Assembly: GCF_026571515.1 (NCBI RefSeq)
Contig: NW_026866931.1
Location: 1-64,000, forward strand
Source: Ruditapes philippinarum
Taxonomy: Eukaryota
Length of the DNA: 64,000 nucleotides
Direction of reading: 5' to 3'
The position numbers and the translations under genes were made by a program. This document shows, piece by piece, positions 37,536-50,300 of this stretch. Under the pieces are notes generated by a model. It saw only the letters and a program-made list of their open reading frames with translations, was not told the origin of the DNA and searched no databases. The first letter of the stretch is position 1. Each line of letters opens with the position of its first letter.

Positions 37536-39432
37536 ACAAATCTATATAGATATATAAGTGTGCAAACTTGCATATGTAGTGTATGCAATGAAAACTACGA
37601 ATTTGTAAATTTGTTGTTGTTTTTCATATTAGGTAAGTTGTTACGATCTATATGTAAACTTGTTATATAAAGGCGGGAACCTTCAATTAAAAATGTTTGA
37701 TTAAGACGCATATAATGTGCTATGCACGGGTACAATGAAAATGGCAGGCATACAAGTTCGCATTTTCAAAAGTAATTTTAAAAGGAACACTTTACATGTC
37801 TCGAATTTAGGCAACGAACGCCTAGTGTACAAGACATAATTTCAGACATTTATTGAACTGGTCATCTTCATTTATCAGTAACTGATATCGACATGAAAAT
37901 TATATCATACAATTTGATTGACGAGTTATTTATAACACTTTATGAAAGAAGACAATTTATGGCGGATAGATGTCATAAATCATTGTTTGTTTCTTGACAG
38001 GCTATTACATCTATAGTAGACCTTTCTCACTGTTGATTTTAAATGTGCTGCGGATGTTAAGACATGTAACCTTATCTATAAAGACATTATTTTCGACATG
38101 TAAGGTTAATTAGACAGATCAGAATAGGGCAAACCATAATTAAACACTAGTTAATGGAATGAGAAACAAATCATTTATGTTTATGTATTGATACGACAAG
38201 GCTTAGAACATACGCTCAGTTCTTTAAATACAAAAGAATATTCTGATCACTTATGAAAATCTAAAAAGTTGCTTCGGATTAATGGTCGTTGTTGTTAGTA
38301 CTTACATATTGCAAAAGCAAATGAAGTTAAAGTATTTGTTCCAAAGGCCATAAATCATTTTTTATACCGTGACTTCCTATGATAGGTCATTAAATGTAAG
38401 CTTGACAATCTCTATTTCGTTAATGTAATAGTAAAGCTAAAACCGTTCCCAGGTCATATTTCTTGAAGTTTCATAAAAAAGCTGCCATAGAAAGAAGGGA
38501 CTCAAAATACACCATTGTTTGACTTACAGTTTATAGTAAAGCGATTACGTAAAGCTTCTACAATAGAAGTGAAGAAAATCTTTTTCGTATATAGTTATAT
38601 CTAATTAAATTAATAATTTTTACGTTCAACTGCTACCAACAAAACATATTTTCGTTTTAGTAAGAGAAAATATTATGACATTCCAAAATGACGCCAGATG
38701 GCGAAACAATGATCCAAAGAAATAGAACATAAAATCTTTCGTAAAATGTTCGTTGTGACTGTATTAAGTGCTTCAGATTAATTAATGTCCATAGTTGTTT
38801 AACGAATTATATTGTGAACCAATTTAAGCAAAGTTAATTCTATTTTCTCCTGATATTTGTTAACAAATACATTTATAGTTACAAGTATCTTTAAGGTCAT
38901 ACAACTATTCAATTGAACTAATGAGGTCCGCTGATTTAACAAATCTAATCATTGGATACGACAGTGTTTGAATTTCATTTGAACGCAAGTTGACAGACTG
39001 CAACGAATTATAGCGCACTCTATGTAACTAAGTGTCGATCAGAATTCGCTTTTCCTAAAAAGCACAACAGCAAAGACTAAATTAATCACACACAACATTT
39101 AAGATGTTAGACACGTGCAGTTTAAGAAATAAGACATGTGCAATTCTATACAGTCCCAAAACAATGAATAAAATTTTGAGGTATTGATTAAATTATTAAT
39201 TCATTCATTTATTACAACTTAGGTACACTTTAATTCAACAACAAATTGAATACAAATATATTCATAAAGCACCTGATAAAATATAGTCAATGCAGCCATA
39301 TAAGATGAAAATAATACAACCACTTCATACATTTTAACATTTCACTACACTCTTCTTATAAGATATCTAATATTCTTCTTTATATACTACTTTAAAATAG
39401 ATGATTTGCATTATCTTAGAATACAAACATCT

Positions 39433-39495
39433 GTAAGGCTGGAAAGTTGCCACGTGACATGCACTGTGTTCGACGTAAAACCCAAAATAAACTAA
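39433..39495 (+). mobile_element. 3' fragment of the same SINE family as 302-583
   Basis: GTAAGGCTGGAAAGTTGCCACGTGACATGCACTGTGT..GACGTAAAACCCAAAATAAAC aligns with the SINE tail GTAAAGCTGGAACGTCGCGATATGACCTATACTGTGT..GACGTAAAACCCAAAAC. Confidence 0.75.
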
Positions 39496-39504
39496 GAATT
39501 TACA

Positions 39505-40050
39505 TGCGTGAGAGACGCCCCATAAGGAGAGTCTTTTTCACCTTTTTCGTTCGCCATGTATCTTGATAATATAGAAGACCTTTTTTATTTTAAATGAATT
39601 TGAAGGAGTAAATTTAGATTTCTTTAAATTGTGTTTACCTTTATATGCAGATTATATTGTCATTTTATCTGAAACAGAAGAAGGCTTGCATAAAGGTTTA
39701 TTGTTTATGATAACTGCAAATTAATATTAATATTAAGACAACTAAAATTATGATTTTCAGAAAAGGAGAACATTTGGAAATTGTCAAAATATTCGTTTTT
39801 TACAATTGGTGGATTTTTTTACAACTGCTTTTGAAACACTATCTGGTCAGGCTTTGAATACAATACTTCAATGAATTACAATTAGATGTGATTGAATTGG
39901 CATGTATAACTGTGAAACATAAACTAGACATTTTGATAAAATAATCTCACCAATTTTAAAGTATGCTTTAGAGGTAAGCGCTATACATGATTGTTGAAAA
40001 TTAGAAAAAAAGTGCATTTAGAATTTTGTAAAAAGTTGTTAAGCGTCACG
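39505..40050 (+). pseudogene. Highly decayed LINE reverse-transcriptase fragment (different family from the 8-14 kb LINE)
   Basis: Frameshifted translation gives (Q)GES-SPF-FAMYLDNIED..LYADYIVILSETEEGLHKGL..TKIMIFRKG..LEIVK, matching the non-LTR RT catalytic region. Confidence 0.75.
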
Positions 40051-40534
40051 AGTGAAAATAAATTGTCTGTAGAAATGATATTATTGTACAATTATTTATA
40101 CAAATATCCATTTTTGCTCTTTTTTAATGTGTAAACGAAAATAAATTGAATATATAATAAGGTGTTGTTTCATGGAAAATGCATATATGCGAGTTTTGAT
40201 ATCTTTGTAAATATTTATAAAGATTTAGAATGTTCGCCTGAATTATTTCTCATTAGGTTTACAATAATGAAAATCTTGATGCAAAAATATAATCGAGAGA
40301 ATGACAGAGAGGAGAGTACAATAACGGTAAGATAATAAAAGCCGTTAAAGTCTAGACAGTCAATAAACATTTCTTACATTGCTCAATTCAAAGCTCTTAT
40401 TCCTGTAACTGAATAAATCAGAATTACAAAAAAGTATTGTAGAATGCTTATATTACCTTGCTGTTTAATGAAGATGTTATTTCTGTGCTCGTGATTCTTG
40501 TTGATTATATCGGACAATGTTCCAAATCTGGACA

Positions 40535-40720
40535 ACGTAACTGGAGGAGGTGATCCTTGGTGCTTTTCTTAAGCCACTAGCAGACACCCGAGTAGATCTA
40601 CTGACGTTTCGTAAGTAAGCTGGGTAGTTTACTCCCATGAAAGAATTCAATGTCACTGGCAGGATTAGAACCAACAGCGGTGAGGTGGAAATGTTTTTTG
40701 GGTCAAAGACCTTATACCGG
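40535..40720 (-). mobile_element. Degenerate SINE copy (same family as 302-583)
   Basis: CACCCGAGTAGATCTACTGACGTTTCGTAAGTAAGCTGG..CATGAAAGAATTCAA..CAGCGGTGAGG aligns with 432-532. Confidence 0.8.
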
Positions 40721-43044
40721 AAGAGAAAAACGGAAAATGAAAGAGATGACAAATATCATTATAAACTCGAAATAAGAGATGTAGAATTGGTCACATAACC
40801 TTAACCGGCTGAAAGTCCAGAAAAAATTTTCAGATTTTTAAATAACATGTATCTCTTCGTTGAAAATAAGGAATAGTGACACGACAAATAAAGCATTTTG
40901 AATTGATTCAAAATGAATTTTTCTATTTTGCTTGATTGCTTACGTATGTGTCTTATTTTATATGAATTCTAATCCCATGCAGAGCGGTCAATGAGATTCG
41001 TCTAGAAGCCGACCGTTTAACTCATAAACATTTTTTTGAAATATTTAAGCACTAATGGAGTTTACGTAATATGTGCAAACAAATACATTATTTGTTATGA
41101 CCCTTTAACATGGCCAAAGAACTGATAATTGTGTTGAGATTACATTGAAACTAGTCATATTAGTGATTATTCTTATGAAATCGTACTTCATCACATGCTG
41201 ATTTTTTATCATATTGAGAAACGATTTGAATCAAAACTGACTCTTTTTTATTATCATTATTTAAAATTGGTTATAAACATATTTCGTTCTTGGAGCTACT
41301 TCTTTATAATTGTAGCATATAAGCCTGAGTATATAAATTTCAGAACTATTTCTATGAAGTGTTTTGTAACACAAACAATAATAAAGCATATGATGACCAT
41401 GAGGGTTTGAAACAATACGAAATATGTTTGATTTTATCTTTTTGTATAACCATTTACAATCCAAACTAATTACTGACAGGAGATGACAATATTAATATTA
41501 AATAAGGATATAATGTGATACTTTATAGGTTTATTAAATGTTGGCTTTATTTGGTTAATTACGCTTTATATTTAACGTGTCTGGTCTTTCTTACTCTTGA
41601 TTGAAAATTATACATTGTTATATAACGAAATTGACATGATAAGAATGCTCTTTTATTTATATTTAAAACTAATCGGTTCATGTCTTTCAATAGGAAAACC
41701 CACTGGAAAATGCCTACTTTACTAAGGCTAATGGTAAATCTTTAAACCATTTTCCTGCAATAGTATATTTTATAACTCGTTAACAACAAACTAAACCCAA
41801 AATAACAGCAAGATTATAAAGAATGTACATGTTTAATAATATTAATTTATAAACTCAAATATCAAGCTAAATTTTAAAATTTAATGTCATATTGAATAAT
41901 GAGTTATTTGAATACTCATAGTCCCTTTATTTACCCAATTTTAAGTGGGTAGGTCGAAATTTTTCCTGTTTGCTAAGATATCTTCACTCAGGGTTTCCTG
42001 GTTACGATGGAAATGTGTAAAGAAAACAAAACATTCTTTTGACGAAGGTCCGTTATCTTGAAACCTCAAGAAACTAAAATAAAAACGTTATTGTAATATT
42101 TGATCAGTATAAAGTTATGACTAACATTGTGATACTGATACACGGCACTTAAAGTACATAGACGCTGTTCCAAGAGGAATAGATAGTAATAAATGGTATT
42201 AAGTTGCTTGTTTTGGAGAAAGAGAAATTGCCTTGGATCATAAAAAGCATTAGAAATGTCTCTGATGTGCAATTAGATATTATATTAGCACATTGTATAT
42301 GTGACTTTCAGTTAAGAATCTAAGATGGCAAAAAAGTATATACTGGCAAGGAAATGTACTTAAAGAGATTTATATACACAATATTATAAAGAATATACAG
42401 TCAAATCAAGCATACATATCCAACCATATAAACGGCTAACAATGAAATAATATATAAAAAAATTATCATTTCTTGTTTGTTTTGTTTTCCTTTTCCTTTC
42501 AAAGAAATAGTTATGTAAAAGATATAAAAGAAAAGAAATACTTTGTCTAGACATTCTATTAAATGTTTCCATTTATACTTGATTAAAAGCTATAATTTCT
42601 CTTTCTGAATATATGAGAATGGCAAAAAGGAAGTCGGATATAATTATAAGACTTCGTTAATGACTGATGAGACGATTTCCACGGCCGTGACTCCCTTATC
42701 AGCTTTATAAGTTAGAGTTAAAGCCGAAACTTACCATATATCACTATGTCAGAGATGAAAATTGCGTTGAATACTTTTACCATATATCAGTAGGAAAATA
42801 TCTATTTTCTGTAGAAAGATTAATATTCAAAATTATATTGAATGAATATAATTATTTATTCAGTTTAAAAGTCACAAGTTTGCCTACGAATGCATAAGTT
42901 GCTCTTACCGTATAATCGTTTAAATATATTTCACATTTCTTTACAGCATCTTATCACGCTTCTTTATATTCTTCATTAAATTTCATTTTTAAGAAATATT
43001 GTTTCGTGACCTAGTAAACAATCGTTTATTATTTCACTATTATT

Positions 43045-43281
43045 TGAGCCGCGTCACGACAAAACCAACATAGTGGGTCTGCGACCAGCATGGATCCAGA
43101 CCAGCCTGCGCATCCGCGCAGTCTGATCAGGATCCATGCTGTTCGCTATCAGTTTCACTACTTGTAATAGAGTTGGTTAGCGAACAACATGTATCCTGAT
43201 CAGACTGCGCGGATGCGCAGGTTGGTCTTGATCCATGCTGGTCGAAAACCTACTATGTTGGTTTTGTCATGACGCGGCTCA
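43045..43281. mobile_element. Foldback MITE (~237 bp, almost fully palindromic)
   Basis: TGAGCCGCGTCACGACAAAACCAACATAGT.. pairs with ..ACTATGTTGGTTTTGTCATGACGCGGCTCA. The arms pair for ~105 bp around a short spacer. Confidence 0.92.
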
Positions 43282-45370
43282 TTTATCAACAAAACTTAAT
43301 TTTAATATCATTTCATCTATTGTCCATTTAATGCTTTATTCGGTAAAAGCATATTAATGTTCATCACCACCATCACATAATACAATGGCGGTACAAATAC
43401 TAAAAAAGCATGAAGTTAGATATGAACTAAGTAACTAAGTTTATATAACATTATTATGTTTCATACCATATCCCCCCCCCCATATACAATCCTCAACACC
43501 ATTGGAATCAATTATCCCGAAAGACCAGTTAGCTATTACATTACTGACATAAGTACGCTAAACCATTTACATCCGCTTCACAACATTAAACAAACGCTGT
43601 TGTGAGAATAAAAAAATCTGAAAAGGTGAGTGATATCCCTCTAGAGCAATGAAAACGAAAGAAAGAAAATAATTATTGAAAGCGCAGACTCGGTTCATGT
43701 AATTTTCATGTAATTTTGTTGTGATTAATGCTTCCGAGGGATCACTTTGTTTCCAGATTTCTTAAGTCTGTTCATGGGAAATTTTAGAAAGTGAAAAATG
43801 CAACATCTCTCACGTCTCCTTGCTAGTAAGGTTTTGTTCCTTAACATAAAGTGAAACCTCAAAGTACTTTTATAACTTAACCATAGTCTAACAAACCTGG
43901 TATTAGTCCTGAATGCTTTCGAAAAGTTTCTGCAAATTGTTAGATGGTAGTCAGTAATGTAAACCTGACAGATATTATCATAAATAAATAGAAGACATCA
44001 GCGGAATGTGATTGCATTAACCATGATATGTCAGGTATGTAAAACATGTTTCATAAACAAATCATATAATAAAGTGTTCACCAATAGGGACTTTGCTGGT
44101 TTAAGAAAGCTATATTTTTGGATTTTCTATTATTATCAGTATTCATATAACCTAAAAAGAAAGTAAAGAGTCATAGGTTTATGAACTTGTATATGAATCA
44201 AATTATTTATACCAGATGCCGATATTATTTCTTTACCTGACAATTTACTTAAGTTTTGTGTCAAGACGGATTTGTTTGGCTTAACATGTTGTGTTCTCGT
44301 CCAAACATATTGACGCTTTCAAATATCACAACGCTTCTGACTCTAACACACATTGTATTTTATAATACACAGGCCGATATGAATATTCTGAAAGAGATCA
44401 GTTTTGGCAATACCTTTATTTCCGACTGACCTTTTTCAATGTTGAATGACCTGTTTATTTTACATCCTAATCATATTAAGGAATTGCAAAATTTGACCTT
44501 TTATTAAAATGGATTGAGTCTGATTCGTTCCTGCAAGAAGCTTTCAGGTTTTATTATTACTGTTATATGGAAAAAATTCAAATGCACTGACTTGTCCGAT
44601 AAAGAATAATTACAACGTCCAATATGGAATTTTATAAAATGGTCACGTGATGCAATTTTCAAGCAGCGATTAGATGTTTATGATTGGTTTAGAAAAAACA
44701 TATTTAGTATTCGTTTACAAGAGAGAAAATATCCGACAATAGATTATATTGTTTAACAGAAAGTTTACATTCAAATAGGCAAATCTTACAATGTAAATAA
44801 GTTAAAACATTTATATTCAAAGTGTAAAACTATTGTTATTTTTCTTCACTTGCTTTGTCGGCGTCCGCGCTGAAGCGCGACGCCCCTTGTGTGTGAAAGG
44901 GCAATTGCAATTTCTCGAGCCATTTAATCGGTCATAAAAGTCGATCATTCCGATTGGTATGAGGGTGTTTGATTATTAAAAATGAAATGTCGCGATATGT
45001 ATAATGAATAGCGAACTGGAGAATTTCACAATGCAAACATATTCAAATGAAATAATCTTTTTTACGTCAATTAAACGCGCTCCTCGAGGTGTTTTTATTA
45101 ATCATTTTGTAGTACACAGTGTGTTATTATGTATGTTTTTGTTGTACATGTATCCGAAAGCTATAAATAGAATAATGACCTTAACATTGTGAAAGTCTGA
45201 AAATCTATTTATACAAGCAGTTTTAGTTTAACGGAACGGTCCTTCGTGTCGCGCACAATTAATGGTAATAAATAACAAACTGGAGAATTTTGAAGGAAAT
45301 GAAATGGAAACATATTCAAACAATTAATTGCATTCGTTATAAATCTATAGAAAAAAATTAAGTATGCCAT

Positions 45371-46338
45371 TTTTATGCCCCCGCCATATAATGGCTGGGG
45401 CATATAGTGTTACCCTGTTCCGTCATTCCGTCATCATCAGTTTCCGCTCAATATCTTAGTAACGGTTGCAAACATTCAACTCAAATCTGGCATATGGATA
45501 TGTCATGAGAAAATACAGTTTAAGTTCTAATTTGGTCATGGTTCGATGATTTTTGGCATATTTATGCCCCTTTTACTTTGAAAATAATATGAAATTTTAT
45601 AGTTTCCGTTCATTATCTCCCCAACGGTATTACACATTCAACTCATATGTCATGAGAAAATACAGGTCAAGTTCGAATTTGGTCATGGTTTGATGATTTT
45701 TGGCAGAGTAATGCCCCTTTAACTTTGACAAAAAGGAAATTTTCAGTTCCCCTTCATTATCTCCCCAACAGTTGTACATATTCAACTCAAATTTAAGATA
45801 TGGATATGTCATCAGAATGCATTGATCAATTTCGAATTTGATCATGGTTTGATGATAGCTGACAGAGTTATCCCTCTTGAACTTTGAAAGAAAATCAGAA
45901 ATTTTAAGTTTCCGTTCATTTAATCACCAATGGTTGTACACATTTAACTCAAATTTGACATATAGAAACATCTAAGAAATAAGCAGTTCAAGATTGAATT
46001 TGGTCGTGGTTCAATGATTTTAAACAAAGTTACCTTTCTTGAATGTTGGAAACATTTTGAATTTTCAGTTTCAGCACTCGTACTTTTGTTGAAATGTATG
46101 TAACCATTATTTTGGCTACAAATATGTAATATGCAATTAACAAAAGGTTAACACTGAATAGTTTCAGTGCCTTGAACTTTGTTTAAAAATGGTTTGTGTT
46201 AACATTGAATAGTTTTAAGGGCTTTGAACTTAAAATGAAAAAATAATTTGTGCAAACAAATTTGGAACTAAATATTATAACATCTGAAATTTTGGCTGCA
46301 TGCGGGGGCATCCGTGGCGTGACGACACATTTCTAGTT
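45371..46338 (+). mobile_element. Complete HINE/pearl-like element with ~4 internal ~150-160-bp monomers
   Basis: 5' TATGCCCC..GGGGCATA palindrome (45374-45404), TTCCGTCA microrepeat, monomers starting AGTTTCCG(T/C)TCA near 45439, 45601, 45745 and 45907, and 3' GGGGGCATC + hairpin + CTAGTT. Confidence 0.85.
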
Positions 46339-47370
46339 TACGAATTGTTAAATCATTTTGTAAAAGTCTTTTCCGTAGGTTCTTTCCGGTTTTCTTTTTT
46401 ACGGCTCTGGTGGCATTTATGACATTTCTACCGTGAATATTTAAATCGACCAAGTTCATAACTTTATAAGTCGCTTTTATTTTTACGTTGTGCGACAGTT
46501 AACAGGTCTAGCAGTAATATACTATAAAACCTAATCGCTGTTCAAGTCTCTTTTTCTAAAATCGACAGTGATTTCCCTATTGATTTTGACTACTATTTTG
46601 TATGTTCCAAAGAAAATACCACATGAACTTGAAATTCTATCAAATCACCAATATGAATGATAATATCCAAAAATACCCCTATATAGTATAAATAAACTTA
46701 TACCATATGGGAAGTATATTTTGGATATCTTATCATTGACCTGTATATTTTGAAAATTATCGTTAATATTGAAAAAAATTCAAGTTCCTCAAAAAAACAA
46801 GTAATATTTTAATCTCTAGCATGCCTACCAAAGTTCATAATGAACAATGTCTTTCGTCCACCAATTCATAAATGATATACAATTCTGGTAAAAACCAATT
46901 AACCATTGAAAAGTTTATAAGAATTTCTGGTCATCATATATCTACTAGTTCATCTTCACTTGCTGCATCTCTTGCTTGGACGCCCTTTGATGTTTTGCAT
47001 CAATGCTTTTCTTGTATTTTTATAGTTATACAAACCTAATGTATATATTGCAAGGTTAGTTTTAAGCAGCACTCCTCCAGATTTATGCTTATTTTCATGA
47101 ACATTTTGAAAATGAAATTAAATGTATTATATTGTATAGTAACCAAAAAGCCCATTTACAAATTATCAATGACACTTACAAGCCACGTTAATTAAAAAAA
47201 GGTCCATATTTGCAAAAAAAAATGCCTTTACTGCGTAAATAACGCAGTAGAAATACAGTTACACATAATGAAAAATTCATCATTAATTGCCCATAACTGT
47301 TACATGTTAATTATTACTTGAATCTTGAATCTTTCTTCTTTTCCTAAATTTTAGTACATTTTTTACAAGT

Positions 47371-50300
47371 TTTGATTTATTGAAATATTTTTATTTTAGA
47401 GTTTAAGGGAATTTTCGATGTTTTTTCTTCCACTAAATTCGTAAAGTACAAACTCGTCACGGCTAGCCGGCATAACTTCAATCTGATTGAGGATTCCTTA
47501 TTTAGTGATAAATAGATGATGCACAGAATTGAATCTATACCAAGATCGACTGACTATACCTAAAAGTCAAATTGATCTTCAACCTAGAACTACAAAATAG
47601 CTCTAAAAGATGAGCGTAAAAATGTTTCTTCACCTATTTATTCAAGTTGATTTGATGCAAAACGAGAACATATAGGTTAATTTGGATTTGGTAATATTAA
47701 GATCTATTGTTTAGCGTCTAGACTGTTTGGGAGAGAAGTTTTTCTCTGATTAATTATCTTTATTTTGCACAATACAATTTCACGAAGTGCAGACAAAATG
47801 TAGCTAATGATTCTCAAATTCCCCGTATATTCCCTCAAACAATTGCTTTTGACTGTGTTTTGCGGATGTTTAGCTTGAAAGCGTAAGATTATGCACAATG
47901 TGGCTTGATAGGGTAAAATAGAAAAAAGGGAATCCGTGTAAAACGCACAAAAGACCAAATTACTGCAGGCTAGGTTTAATTCAGCCTGCTTATGGACGGT
48001 TCAGAAAAAGTGCAAGTTACCGTCCACGCCCACCCAAACATGAAAATGGTGAAATTTCGAACTTTGAAACATACGCAGATGTGTTTATACCGATCTTAAT
48101 TTGGAATCTTCAATGTCGATGTGGCACGTTTGCACTATTTCATGAAATACGGTGTATGACCACCAAGTAAAAGAATGCATATGCCCTAAACGAGAAAACA
48201 ATGGGTGGAACTACATAAAATGATATGAAAGGGAATCAGGGGTTATAATGCCTGCATATTACAGATAAAAGGTCAAAAGACAAATTGGAAAAGCAGGTAA
48301 CATATCCATAGGATGATTATGCACAATTAAAGTAGGAATACTTTAACCACCAAACTAAAAAACAATCCAATAAGAGGAACTAAAAGTACCAAAAACCATT
48401 CACACACAACAGTTCTGCCATGTCGACAAAATATAACATCTCTGATAATATGTACGGAGCGACTTTTACGACCTCCGCACGGCACAAAAAAACGCTGATA
48501 TTATGACTATAAAATAGAAACGCAAAAAAAACGGCAAAATTGAAAATGTTGCAGGATCGTTAGAATACGTCTTGTGTGGCTTCAAAGTGTGTGGATGCGT
48601 TTTGTGTTGTTTGTGTCTAGAAACAGATTAGTGATTTTTTAAGATGTTTATTTTAATCAATATATTATTCATGCGAACAGAAAGGGTTTGTTTGAGCTCA
48701 GTCATACAAGAAATAAAATAAAATATAAAATAAAATAAAATAGTTTACTCGAAGGTTACATTATAAGTGGCATACACAATGCCGTAAGGATTGATGCAGT
48801 AAAAAAAGACAGAGAAATCCAAATCATACAAAACGAATGTAAGACAATTAGGTGAGGTTAAAAACTATTCTGATAGGTTTTAATATAAGAGATAACAACA
48901 AACTGCGAAAGAATTATGCAAGGAAACTGTTGGCAAGTGTGAAATACATGATAAAGTATTTCATATATTCATGATTAACTTTGTATTTAAGTATTTGGCA
49001 CTTCTTCATTCTATATAACAAGAACACACTTAGACTGAAGCATTAATGTGATAATTGGTCTTTTCAAAAGTTAAGTTTACGAAATGAGTAAATTGATATT
49101 TCTTCAGCTCATATATAAATCCAATTATATGGGTATAAATTATTCATTTTTTTAATTATGATCATTAAGGTCCCGAGAAGCTTTTGAATAAATTGGTTTC
49201 ATTGGAAAGGAAATGAATAATTGAATAATATAACAAAACAACAACAACAACAACAACAAAAACGTTTCATGTTTTTGAACAAAATATTATGACATAAGTG
49301 TATGTTATACTTTGATTTGAGTGTTTTCAATCATCATGATGTTACACATTTTCTATCAACAAAGCGCTCAAATCTATCAGATCAACCTTAATCTTTTGTT
49401 ATCTCATGATCATTTGGTTTTTAAAAAGTAAAATAAAGTGACATACTTTAGACAAAAATCATACCTAAAATTTATTGATAGGAAATGTATTTATTTTAAA
49501 ACATCCTGAAACTTATTGCATAAATTGAAGATTCTTTGAATGTTGCTGTGCAATGCCGATATGTCGTAACAGTGTTTCAGAATGAAGATCAACTAAGTAA
49601 GTTAGTGTGCTGTTTACAAAACAACTGGTTATAAAGTGAATTTTTGTGTAGCAATAAATCTATTGAAAGAGGTACGAATCTGGCAATAACATTGATTTAT
49701 TACAGTTGGTAACTATATATTTTGTGTGCATATAGACAATGAAATGACTGTTATGAACATATAAACAACTGAAAGCAATGTAAGATATTTTGTTATGTAT
49801 TAAATAAGTACAAACAACATAGTTGCCTACTCTTATAAATATTTTATCATTCATGTAATTCTTAGATAGTCATAATATATGTCATTTCAACTCGTCTACT
49901 CGAAGATGTTGTAGATGTTATTGAGGATCCTCAATGTATACTAGCCTTATCTTCATTGATAATAATCTCGGCTATTGTCCATTAGTTATAATATTCAAAT
50001 GATAAAATAAAGTAATTGGATTTGTACGAGCGGCCGTGCTCCCCCGCTCCCCCAATTATGAATCAGATTGCTAAGTGTTTTGATGTTCTTTCTCTTTTGT
50101 ATTTTAGCCAAAAAAAAAACACGTTCCCTGGTGTCACAATATTAAATCCCATAATAAATGAACCAATATACGAACATCTGAATATGTTTTGTTCTATCAA
50201 TATCTCTTTTCTTAACATTTACTAAGTAATTAAACATATTATTCATGTCGTCATTTGTAAGGAAATATCGATAGCTGTGTATTAGAGGGTTCTTGTGAAG

